Shown here in pieces: positions 17,972 through 26,722 of a stretch of 64,000 bases of DNA (positions are counted from its first letter, which is position 1; each line of letters starts with the position of its first letter). Both the position numbers and the translations under genes were made by a program. The DNA is from an uncultured Candidatus Saccharibacteria bacterium (GTDB lineage Bacteria > Patescibacteriota > Minisyncoccia > Phycocordibacterales > CAIRYW01): contig CAYUPH010000005.1 in assembly GCA_964446625.1 (NCBI GenBank), positions 1,432 to 65,431 on the forward strand. Reading direction: 5' to 3'. The notes beneath the pieces are model-generated. The model worked only from the letters and a program-made list of their open reading frames with translations, was not told the DNA's origin and did not search any database.

Positions 17972-18871
17972 ATGCAAATTTTATATATTGGTCTTGGAAA
18001 AATGGGAAAAGGAATGGCTCTCCTTATGGGAGAAAAAGGTCACAATGTCTTTTGTTATAACCGAAGTGAACTTGGAAGAGCTGAGGCCGTAGAAGCAAGA
18101 CTCAAAGTGTATAGTACAATTCCTTCTCTTTTTGCTGCAGTTCCAGGAAAGAAAATTGTTTTTATTATGGTAAGTCACTCTGGTGTCGATGAAGTTCTTG
18201 CCGAGGTAGTGCCTTTACTTGTGCCAGGCGATATTGTAATCGATGGGGGAAATTGTTTTTATAAAGACAGTCAAAGAAGAGGTGAAATGCTCTTAGAGAA
18301 AAAAATCCACTTTTTGGATGTCGGAGTTTCAGGTGGTCCGGGAGGAGCAAGGAATGGTGCATGTCTTATGATTGGAGGACAGAAAGAAGTTTTTGAAGAA
18401 TTAGAGCCACTCTTTAAAGATATTTCGGATGGAGGAGTCGCGTACTCTTACCTAGGTTCAGTTGGGGCGGGACACTTCGCAAAAATGGTTCACAATGGTA
18501 TTGAGTACGGTATGATGCAGTCAATTGCAGAAGGGTTTAACATACTAAAAAACAGCGGGTTTGAGTACTCTCTTTCTGAGCTCGCAGACCTTTATCAAAA
18601 GAAAAGTGTGATTGAATCACGCCTTGTTGAGTGGCTTCGCGATGGTTTCAAAAAATACGGAGAGGACTTAGAAGGAATTTCTGGAGAAGTTTCGGCAAGT
18701 GGAGAAGGAGAGTGGACAGTTCAGACAGCTAAAGAAAAAAACCTACTCGCAGAGTCTATTGAGCTAGCTCTCAATTTTAGAACAAAAAGCAAAGGTAATC
18801 CTTCATTTGTTGGAAAACTTCTCTCAACAATGCGAACAATGTTTGGGGGTCACGATGTCAAAGAAAAATAA
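17972..18871 (+). CDS. gnd: 6-phosphogluconate dehydrogenase, short (YqeC-type) form
   Basis: IGLGKMG, IDGGN, DVGVSGG, GAGHFAKMVHNGIEYGMMQ, SGEGEWT, FGGH. Confidence 0.95.
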   Translation: MQILYIGLGKMGKGMALLMGEKGHNVFCYNRSELGRAEAVEARLKVYSTIPSLFAAVPGKKIVFIMVSHSGVDEVLAEVVPLLVPGDIVIDGGNCFYKDSQRRGEMLLEKKIHFLDVGVSGGPGGARNGACLMIGGQKEVFEELEPLFKDISDGGVAYSYLGSVGAGHFAKMVHNGIEYGMMQSIAEGFNILKNSGFEYSLSELADLYQKKSVIESRLVEWLRDGFKKYGEDLEGISGEVSASGEGEWTVQTAKEKNLLAESIELALNFRTKSKGNPSFVGKLLSTMRTMFGGHDVKEK

Positions 18872-18872
18872 T

Positions 18873-19817
18873 ATGAAATATATTTATACTTTCAAAGAGC
18901 TTACAAAAAAAGATGCGCACATTGCTGGTGGAAAGGGTGCGTCTCTTGGAGAAATGACAAATGCAAAAATTCCTGTCCCAGGAGGTTTTGTGATTACGAG
19001 CGAGTCTTTTGAGTTTTTCTTGGCACAAAATGATCTGACACAAGAAATCGAATCTATTTTAAAAAAGGTAAACCACAAAGAAATGGAGTCGGTAGAGAGA
19101 GCAAGTGAGAGTATTAAGGAGCTGATTTTAAAAGCGTCTCTTCCAAAGGAAATGCAAAAGTCTATAAAAATAAACTTTAGTAAACTAAAAGCAAAGTTTG
19201 TTGCAGTGCGAAGTAGTGCCACTGCCGAAGATGGTGCTGAGCATGCGTGGGCAGGACAGCTCGATAGTTTTCTCAATACCACAAGTAAAAAGTTAGAAGA
19301 AAATATAAAGAGGTGTTTCGCGTCTCTTTTTACACCGAGGGCAATTTTTTATCGATTTGAAAAAGGTCTTGATAAATCGCACATATCGGTTGCCGTGGTT
19401 GTGCAAAAAATGATTCAAAGCGAAAAATCAGGAATTGCTTTTAGTGTACATCCAGTAACAGAAGACAGAAATCAAATGATTATCGAAGGTTCGTGGGGGC
19501 TCGGTGAAGCAATTGTATCGGGGCAGATTACTCCAGATTCGTATGTGGTTGAGAAAGATACAAACACAATTATTGATACAAATACCGCCGAAAAGTCCAA
19601 AGGACTTTTCGGCGACGGTAAAGGAAAAAATGTTTGGAAAACAATTCCAGGCAAAAAGGCAAACACAGAGTGTCTCTCGGGCAAAGAAGTGATTGCTCTA
19701 GGGGAAATCATAAAACAAATAGAAAAGCATTACGGATTTCCTTGTGATATCGAGTGGGCTTTTGAAAAGAAAAATTTTTTTATTACACAAAGTCGACCGA
19801 TTACGACGTTGAAGTAA
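18873..19817 (+). CDS. Stand-alone ATP-grasp (PPDK_N) domain of the PEP synthase/rifampicin phosphotransferase family
   Basis: GGKGASLGEM, VPGGFVIT, AVRSSATAED, VVVQKM, WGLGEAIVSG, DIEWA. Ends at QSRPITTLK*, the domain boundary. Start could instead be 18855. Confidence 0.92.
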   Translation: MKYIYTFKELTKKDAHIAGGKGASLGEMTNAKIPVPGGFVITSESFEFFLAQNDLTQEIESILKKVNHKEMESVERASESIKELILKASLPKEMQKSIKINFSKLKAKFVAVRSSATAEDGAEHAWAGQLDSFLNTTSKKLEENIKRCFASLFTPRAIFYRFEKGLDKSHISVAVVVQKMIQSEKSGIAFSVHPVTEDRNQMIIEGSWGLGEAIVSGQITPDSYVVEKDTNTIIDTNTAEKSKGLFGDGKGKNVWKTIPGKKANTECLSGKEVIALGEIIKQIEKHYGFPCDIEWAFEKKNFFITQSRPITTLK

Positions 19818-19872
19818 TTATTAGAGATGAAAAACTTATTTACGAACATTATTAATTCATAGAATACAAAAA

Positions 19873-20643
19873 ATGGAAGAATTTAATTTTGTAAGACATG
19901 GCTCAAAAATGAAAGCAGATGAAGTAAGGGTTCCAATTAAAGAATCTGGACTCAGTTCTTCACAACAAGAAAAGTGGAAGGAGGCGGTAGAGAGGCTTAA
20001 ACTTGAGGATCCAGAAATCAATTATGACTCTTTGGTGAAAATTGAAGCCCTCGCGCAAGATATATGTAGTCAATTACCAGAGAAGGCTTTACTCATATTT
20101 AACTCTACCAATACTCCTCGAACTAAATTAACCGCTGACTTTTTGTCCACTTCAGTTTTTGAAGAATCCAAAAAGCTAGGTAAAGATATTAGGGTGGCTT
20201 ATATATGGGAACCAAGTTTGAGGGCTAAAGAAGATGGTGCTCTTATGAGAACTTCAGAGAGTATTGGTATACCACTTATGTTAAGACTTATGGAGGAGGT
20301 GGAAGAAAATGATGATAAAAGTTTGCATATGTATTTAACTTCAGGTAAAGGTGCTTTTGCTCACCCGAAAGAGGATGAATTGGTAATGAAAGCTGTGAAC
20401 AGAGATTTGGCAAGCGAACCCTCATTTTTCAAAAACAGAGCAGCAGTGTTGAAAGGTCAAATGGATCGTATTAGAGAATCGTTTCCTGATAAAGATTTAC
20501 CACTTTATTTCTACGGGATAGGTCATCATGGAAGTCTAATAGCTCTAGATGTCGCATTTAATGGAAGAGAGAAGTATAGTTCTGTTGATGAGATACCACA
20601 ACCTCTTAGTGTATGGGGGGTAAACTTAAAAAATGAAAACTAA
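19873..20643 (+). CDS. Divergent histidine phosphatase superfamily protein
   Basis: N-terminal FVRHG; STNTPRTKLTA aligns with the SSPLxRAxQTA motif; GIGHHGSL aligns with the VSHGG motif. Confidence 0.65.
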   Translation: MEEFNFVRHGSKMKADEVRVPIKESGLSSSQQEKWKEAVERLKLEDPEINYDSLVKIEALAQDICSQLPEKALLIFNSTNTPRTKLTADFLSTSVFEESKKLGKDIRVAYIWEPSLRAKEDGALMRTSESIGIPLMLRLMEEVEENDDKSLHMYLTSGKGAFAHPKEDELVMKAVNRDLASEPSFFKNRAAVLKGQMDRIRESFPDKDLPLYFYGIGHHGSLIALDVAFNGREKYSSVDEIPQPLSVWGVNLKNEN

Positions 20644-21658
20644 GCTTATAAAATCATTCACTAGAGAATTTCCATTGATACATGTTCAAATGTGGGGCAA
20701 AAGATACGCTACAGAATTTTTTGGAGAAAAACTTCCGCATACTCCTATTTATGTTTATCTCTTAAAAGATGGGCTTGTTACTGCATACAGAAATCCTGCA
20801 GGGCAAGCTAGCATTGTAAATCCAATTATTAGGGCAAAACTCGATAGTGATCCGGATTATATTAAAAAGTTTGTAGATCAGAAATCTGAAGTCTTGGAGC
20901 GCTTGATTAAAATAAATGAAGCGAGTGAAGTGTCTCTTGAAGAATTTAAAAGTTACCTAAAAGATCTATTTGATTATTGGCAGATACATTATATTTCTCA
21001 ATTTTTACCATTAGATGAAGGAAGATTTACCAAGGAAGAACGAGATCATGCTCTTGCTCTTCGTAAAACTATAGATCAAGTTATCCATAACTCTTGGAAT
21101 TCAATAACCCCGATATTAAAAAGACTTTACCCAGACTTAGGTGAACTTGTTGCTTATATTGCATGGGATGAGCTTTTTGATTCAAAGATACCAAATATAT
21201 TAGAGTTGATGAAAAGAGAGGTTGAAGGTGTTCTTATTTATAATGGTGATATTGTGACTAAAGAAGAATTAAATGAATGGGAGGAGAAAGATAATTTTGA
21301 AGTCGAATGGGATAATGAAATTGTTGAAGAAAAAGAAATTGCTGGTCAGATTGCTTGCTCTGGTAAAGTGACCGGCAATGTAAGAATCATTTTAAAAAAA
21401 GACGACATGGTTAATTTTAAACATGGAGAAATTCTCATTTCGTATATGACAATGCCTGCTTTTATGCCTGCTATACTTAAAGCTACTGCCTTTATTACTG
21501 ACGAAGGAGGAATCACCTGTCACGCTGCAATAGTTGCCCGTGAGCTCAAAAAACCCTGTATAATTGGCACCAAAATCGCCACAAAGGTGCTGAAGGACGG
21601 GGATTTGGTAGAGGTAGATGCTGAGAAGGGAATTGTGAGAATAATTGAAAGGAAATGA
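20633..21658 (+). CDS. Unknown helical N-terminal domain fused to a PEP-utilising phospho-His (swivel) domain
   Basis: C-terminus GKVTGNVRI...[11 protein letters not shown]...[26 protein letters not shown]...GDLVEVDA. Confidence 0.9.
   Translation: MKTKLIKSFTREFPLIHVQMWGKRYATEFFGEKLPHTPIYVYLLKDGLVTAYRNPAGQASIVNPIIRAKLDSDPDYIKKFVDQKSEVLERLIKINEASEVSLEEFKSYLKDLFDYWQIHYISQFLPLDEGRFTKEERDHALALRKTIDQVIHNSWNSITPILKRLYPDLGELVAYIAWDELFDSKIPNILELMKREVEGVLIYNGDIVTKEELNEWEEKDNFEVEWDNEIVEEKEIAGQIACSGKVTGNVRIILKKDDMVNFKHGEILISYMTMPAFMPAILKATAFITDEGGITCHAAIVARELKKPCIIGTKIATKVLKDGDLVEVDAEKGIVRIIERK
21521..21630 (+). repeat. 110-bp repeat shared by the two His-domain gene ends, copy 1
   Basis: 103/110 identical to 22621-22730; all 7 differences are synonymous. 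Confidence 0.9.
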
Positions 21659-22761
21659 AAAAAAGCTTAGGCAAAGAAATATTCAATCCATACCAAGTTT
21701 CAATGACGGAATGGTATGCATCGCTTGGAAAGCAGAAAAAAGCTGAAGTGATTCGCTATGAAGACAATACAAAAGATGAGCGCCTAGAAGTGCTCTTTCA
21801 AACAATTGGACTAGAGTACGAAAGGCCAACAGATTTTGAAGCAACAGCGCTTCTCTCAAAGGATAAAGAGTTCGTTGCTTTTCTAAAGTCGAAAAAAAAC
21901 GAACTCTGTGCACTGAGACTTATTCCAAAAGAAAAGAACTTGCCAAAACTTCGTAGTCGGGGATTATCTGTAAATGATGTCTTTACAAAGTGGTTTCCAA
22001 AACAAAAGATAGATGCAAAAAAGTACATTGCTTCTTTTAGACCGCACGCGGGAACTTACCCACTTTCGATTATCTTGGTTGTAAATAAAAAAGGGATTTT
22101 TGGCCAGACAGTTGTGGGGCAACACGCACAGCTTTCTCAAGGTGAGACAAAAAGACAGACAACTGAGTTTGTCTACAAATTCGGTAAGTGGGAGTGGAGA
22201 AACAAAACAACAAAATCAGAGCGGGTAATAAAAGACATTGTAAAGAGTATTCAAGTTTTAGATTTGAGAAAACGACAAACTCTCTCAAAAAAAATAAACG
22301 CAAAATTTACTCACAATTTTCTGGAGGGGTACTACGAAGCTATTTTGTGGAAAGATGGGGTGATTCGATTTTCAGATTTTAATAGACTTTTGTATAAAGA
22401 TATTTCTCTGCCAAATTTAGATGAAAGAAAAGGATTAAGTGGAGTGTCAGTCTATAAAGGTAAGATAAAGGGAAGAGTGGGTATTATTTCCTCTCAAAAT
22501 ATACTTAAAAAAGCTTTTCAAAAAGGTTCTGTTTTGGTAACACAAAACACTGATGTTCGCTTCCTGCCTCTTATGAAAATCGCGAGTGCAATTTTGACAG
22601 ATAAAGGAGGACTCCTCTCCCACGCCGCAATCGTTGCCCGTGAGCTCAAAAAGCCATGTATAATTGGCACCAAAATCGCCACAAAGGTGCTGAAGGATGG
22701 GGATTTGGTAGAGGTGGATGCGGAGAAGGGGGTGGTGCGGGTTTTAAAAAGGAAGGAATAA
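21655..22761 (+). CDS. Different N-terminal domain (possibly a degenerate ATP-grasp) fused to a PEP-utilising phospho-His domain
   Basis: C-terminus [26 protein letters not shown]...[12 protein letters not shown] overlap with the upstream gene. Confidence 0.9.
   Translation: MKKSLGKEIFNPYQVSMTEWYASLGKQKKAEVIRYEDNTKDERLEVLFQTIGLEYERPTDFEATALLSKDKEFVAFLKSKKNELCALRLIPKEKNLPKLRSRGLSVNDVFTKWFPKQKIDAKKYIASFRPHAGTYPLSIILVVNKKGIFGQTVVGQHAQLSQGETKRQTTEFVYKFGKWEWRNKTTKSERVIKDIVKSIQVLDLRKRQTLSKKINAKFTHNFLEGYYEAILWKDGVIRFSDFNRLLYKDISLPNLDERKGLSGVSVYKGKIKGRVGIISSQNILKKAFQKGSVLVTQNTDVRFLPLMKIASAILTDKGGLLSHAAIVARELKKPCIIGTKIATKVLKDGDLVEVDAEKGVVRVLKRKE
22621..22730 (+). repeat. 110-bp repeat shared by the two His-domain gene ends, copy 2
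   Basis: Offset exactly 1100 bp from copy 1; includes a 41-bp identical core. Confidence 0.9.
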
Positions 22762-22780
22762 ATTGTGCTAAAATAGCACC

Positions 22781-24427
22781 ATGACGCAGGAAACCGCACT
22801 TAAAATCCTCAAAATGGGAGCAAATGTTTTCCTTACGGGAGAACCAGGAAGTGGAAAAACGTACACGATAAACAAATATATTTCTTATCTCAAAAAGCAT
22901 GGAGTCACTCCTTCTGTTACAGCTTCAACAGGGATTGCCGCGACACATATTGGCGGAATGACTATTCATTCGTGGAGTGGACTTGGAATAAAAAAAACTA
23001 TTGATGAGTACGAACTTGATGCGATATCCACAAAAAAGTATGTAAGCGATAGACTCCTTTCCGCAAAGGTTTTAATCATTGATGAGGTTTCAATGCTCTC
23101 TCCTGAAACACTTGAGTCTGTTCAGAAGATTGTTCAAGAAGTAAGAAAAAATTACAAACCTTTTGGAGGACTTCAAGTGATTTTGGTTGGAGACTTTTTT
23201 CAATTACCTCCTGTTTCAAAAGAAGGGGAAAGTCGATTTTTATTTGAGTCCGATGTGTGGAAAGAACTCGAGCTCGTGCCGTGCTACATAGAAGAACAAC
23301 ACAGACAGGATGATGATACTTTTCTAAATATTTTGAAAGGGATTAGAGGAGGCAAAATTCTAAAAAGCCATATTGAAAAACTAAAGGAGAGAATGGAGGA
23401 TGCTGAAGCTGAATTTCAAACAACTCGTCTTTTTACTCATAACGCAGATGTGGATCATGTAAATAGGGTGGAAATTAGAAAACTTGAAGCGGAACCTTTT
23501 ATTTTTCAAATGAAGAGTAAAGGAAAGGAGTCTTATGTAGAAGCATTAAAAAAAGGGTGCCTTTCGCCAGAGTCACTTGAATTAAAAGAAGGGGCGCTTG
23601 TTATGTTTACAAAAAATAATCCGGAAAAAGGTTTTCAAAATGGAACTCTTGGAGAGGTGGTGGGGTTTGAAGAAGAAACAGGTTTTCCTATTATAAAAGT
23701 AAAAGGAGGGCAAAGAATTGTTGCAGAGCCACACGATTGGTCAATTGAAGATGACTCAAAGATAAAGGCGACAATTAGCCAGGTGCCACTCCGCTTAGCG
23801 TGGGCAATTACAGTTCACAAAAGCCAGGGAATGACGTTTGATAGCGCCTATATGGACCTTTCCGGAGTGTTTGAATATGGTCAAGGGTATGTTGCTCTTT
23901 CTAGAGTACGCACCTTAAACGGACTTTTTCTTGGTGGAATGAATAAAAGAGTTTTTGAAGTTCATCCAAGCGTTTTTGCGAAAGACAAATACTTTAAAAG
24001 TGAGTCAGGAAAGGCGGAAGAAGAGATTTTGAAGATTCCAGAAGGTGAGATGAGAAAGATACACGAAAATTTTATTGTGTACCTTGGAGGCACAAAAGAA
24101 GAAGGGGAAGAAAAGAAAGAGTTTAGTACAGAAGAAAAAAGCCTTCAGCTTTTGAGACAAAACTTCTCTGTATCTAAAACAGCAAAGGAAAGAGGACTCA
24201 AAGTAGAGACAATTATTACCCATCTTGAAAAACTAAAAGAAAATGGAAAACTTGCTGATTTCCCAAAAGAGAAACTTTTGTCTGGAGCACTTCTTAAAAT
24301 AAAACAAAAAGTAAAGAAGGAGTTTGAAAAAAGTGGAGGTAGTCTTAAACCAGTTTTTGTAGCACTTGATGAAAAGGTCTCTTACGCAGACCTTAGGCTG
24401 ATTCGATTTGTTACTTGTGACGAATAA
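22781..24427 (+). CDS. PIF1-family 5'-3' DNA helicase with a C-terminal helix-turn-helix domain
   Basis: GEPGSGKT, IDEVSM, GDFFQLPPV, QVPLRLAWAITVHKSQG, YVALSR; C-terminal AKERGLKVETIITHL. Confidence 0.93.
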   Translation: MTQETALKILKMGANVFLTGEPGSGKTYTINKYISYLKKHGVTPSVTASTGIAATHIGGMTIHSWSGLGIKKTIDEYELDAISTKKYVSDRLLSAKVLIIDEVSMLSPETLESVQKIVQEVRKNYKPFGGLQVILVGDFFQLPPVSKEGESRFLFESDVWKELELVPCYIEEQHRQDDDTFLNILKGIRGGKILKSHIEKLKERMEDAEAEFQTTRLFTHNADVDHVNRVEIRKLEAEPFIFQMKSKGKESYVEALKKGCLSPESLELKEGALVMFTKNNPEKGFQNGTLGEVVGFEEETGFPIIKVKGGQRIVAEPHDWSIEDDSKIKATISQVPLRLAWAITVHKSQGMTFDSAYMDLSGVFEYGQGYVALSRVRTLNGLFLGGMNKRVFEVHPSVFAKDKYFKSESGKAEEEILKIPEGEMRKIHENFIVYLGGTKEEGEEKKEFSTEEKSLQLLRQNFSVSKTAKERGLKVETIITHLEKLKENGKLADFPKEKLLSGALLKIKQKVKKEFEKSGGSLKPVFVALDEKVSYADLRLIRFVTCDE

Positions 24428-25439
24428 ATCTAAGAATTTTGTAAAGAAAGTAAGAGGCTTTTTTTAGAACAATATCGACGTTTCCCACGTATTCTTTTTC
24501 TGTGCCTCCGAATTGTTTTTTGAAGTATGTAAGGCTGTCCCACCTTTTTTCATCAATCCCTCCAATATCATAGACCTCAAACCCCAGCTCTTTTGCCCTA
24601 AGAATTGCTTTGTAGTGTATGAAAGCTGATGTTTTATGGCGCAGATACTGACTGTCAGATGCTCCGTAGATATATGTTGCTGTGTTTCCAAGGTAAAGCA
24701 CCATAACTACAGATACAAGCTTCTCCTCTACATAAGCAAACAAGTACTCAATAGAGAGGTTATCCTTCGAATGAAAGGATGAAAAAGAGGCCGTCATTGT
24801 CTCGAAGTAGTCACGAGGAGGGTATGCATTTTTCCCACCATTTCTCTCCATCGTATCAAGTGCCATTTTATAGAAAGCGTCACGTTCTTCCGTAGTAATT
24901 GTCGAACTTATCTTTGTTGTAACCCCCAATTTTTCTGCCTTCCGAATGTTTGCGCGGTTTGTTGGGTGGAAAGAAGACAAAATCTCTTCTTCGCTTCGTG
25001 TTAAATCTATACAAAGGTTTTTGCGCGGTTGAACATAGCGTTTTAAAATTTTAAACTTTTTGTCTATGCGTATATCTGGAGGGATTGGAGGCTCAGTGCG
25101 AAGGAAAATAACTTTTTTATTTGTCTTTTCAATCCAAAGTTTGAGGAGATGAAATACTTGGTGTACAGAGCTTTGGGTTTGGAGAACATCTTTTCGTAGT
25201 GCTGGTGTTCTTGGGCAATAAGCATATGAAAACCCAAGAGGAATTTCATAAAAGACGACAGTGACGAGGGCCACCACTTTCTTTTTTTCACTTATGACAA
25301 ACCTTTCGTAGTTTCTTCCGAGGTTTTTTTGAAACTCACCCCATTCATAACTTGCCATAAAGTTTCCTACTTCAGGATAGTTTTCAATAATAAAACTATT
25401 CCACTCGTCTTTTGAAAGGGTAGAAGGGGTAAGTTTCAT
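24411..25439 (-). CDS. FemAB/FemX-family peptidoglycan aminoacyltransferase
   Basis: FMASYEWGEF, IDLTRSEEEIL, RANIRKAEKLGV, ATYIYGAS, YDIGG, FKKQFGG. Confidence 0.88.
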   Translation of the reverse strand: MKLTPSTLSKDEWNSFIIENYPEVGNFMASYEWGEFQKNLGRNYERFVISEKKKVVALVTVVFYEIPLGFSYAYCPRTPALRKDVLQTQSSVHQVFHLLKLWIEKTNKKVIFLRTEPPIPPDIRIDKKFKILKRYVQPRKNLCIDLTRSEEEILSSFHPTNRANIRKAEKLGVTTKISSTITTEERDAFYKMALDTMERNGGKNAYPPRDYFETMTASFSSFHSKDNLSIEYLFAYVEEKLVSVVMVLYLGNTATYIYGASDSQYLRHKTSAFIHYKAILRAKELGFEVYDIGGIDEKRWDSLTYFKKQFGGTEKEYVGNVDIVLKKASYFLYKILRFIRHK

Positions 25440-25442
25440 GAG

Positions 25443-25997
25443 TTAAGGAAGTTTAGGAAGGGTCACAATACTTCCTTTTTTTATGTTGTGTGCGTCGGCA
25501 AAACCCTCATTAACTTCAAGGACAAATTGGGCAGGCGAAGATGGTTTATAGAGAACAGGATTTTTTCTATCAAATTCTTTTGAGGCACTCTTTGTTACAT
25601 CAACAACTTTTCCATCGTTTATCCAAATAATATCTATATTGAAATGCATGTCCGGCATCCAGAATTGATAGCGGGCGCTATGATCAAAAACAAAAAGCAT
25701 CCCTTTGTCTGCGTCTAAACTTTCGCGACCCGACAGTCCCCGTTTGATTTCTTCCATGTCGTCTTCAATTTCAACAGGAATAACAGTGCTTCCTACTTTC
25801 ATTTCAAAGAGGGGTGCCTCTGGGATTTCTTTTTCCTCCACTCCGCCCTGGACAGTTTTTGCTACCGCTTTTTCATTTTCTGGAGTTTTGTTACCAAAGT
25901 AGTTTTTTACCTCGTAGGCAATAGTGCCTACTCCCAGAAAAAAGACGCCAAAAGCAATGATTTTTAGAAAACTTTTGATTTTTGTATGTGTATCCAT
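25443..25997 (-). CDS. DUF192 family protein with an N-terminal membrane anchor
   Basis: RGLSGRESL...GMLFVF...FWMPDMHFNIDIIWI...FVLEVNEG. Confidence 0.9.
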   Translation of the reverse strand: MDTHTKIKSFLKIIAFGVFFLGVGTIAYEVKNYFGNKTPENEKAVAKTVQGGVEEKEIPEAPLFEMKVGSTVIPVEIEDDMEEIKRGLSGRESLDADKGMLFVFDHSARYQFWMPDMHFNIDIIWINDGKVVDVTKSASKEFDRKNPVLYKPSSPAQFVLEVNEGFADAHNIKKGSIVTLPKLP

Positions 25998-26068
25998 TTC
26001 AGAATTATAACATTTTACAGGGCTTAAGTCAGAAGTGCTAACTGTGAAAAAAGGCGTATAATGAAAGG

Positions 26069-26710
26069 GTGGAAAACAAGAAAATTATTGATATTTCTCT
26101 TCCTGTAAAAACAGGGATGACAATTTACCCGGGGAATGCGCCGGTTTTAATTTCTTCTTGGCATTCGATACAAAAGGGAGATTCAAGCAATCTTTCACTC
26201 CTTTCTCTTGGGAGCCACACAGGTACGCACATAGACGCTCCGTTCCATGGGCATATGGAAGGGAAAACTCTGGGACAGATTCCACTTTCTGTCTTTGTAG
26301 GAAAATGTAAAGTTTTTGATTTTGAATCGTCTAAGGAGGCGGTGACACTTGAGGATATTAAGTCAAGACAAATTGAGAAAGGGGACAGAATACTTCTCCG
26401 GACTTCAAACTCAGTAAGAGGAATGGATACATTTTATGATGACTATGTTTATCTCTCAGGAGAGGCAGCGGAGTATTTGGCAGAGAAAGAAGTTGTACTT
26501 GTTGGAATTGACAGTTTGTCTATAAAGCAAAGAGGAAGCAAAGACAATAGGCCACACAGTGCTCTTTTGTCGAAGGATATTCCGATTATTGAGGGTTTAA
26601 ATCTAAAAGACGTTTCCTCTGGAGAATATGAACTGTACTGTCTTCCACTTTCAGTTGATATCGATGGAGCTCCTGCGAGAGTGGTGTTAATTGATAATAA
26701 TCTTAGATAG
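26069..26710 (+). CDS. Cyclase/kynurenine formamidase-family metallohydrolase
   Basis: HTGTHIDAPFH, VGIDSLS, H..LL...IIEGLNL, DGAPARVV. Confidence 0.9.
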   Translation: MENKKIIDISLPVKTGMTIYPGNAPVLISSWHSIQKGDSSNLSLLSLGSHTGTHIDAPFHGHMEGKTLGQIPLSVFVGKCKVFDFESSKEAVTLEDIKSRQIEKGDRILLRTSNSVRGMDTFYDDYVYLSGEAAEYLAEKEVVLVGIDSLSIKQRGSKDNRPHSALLSKDIPIIEGLNLKDVSSGEYELYCLPLSVDIDGAPARVVLIDNNLR

Positions 26711-26722
26711 TAGTCTACTTGA

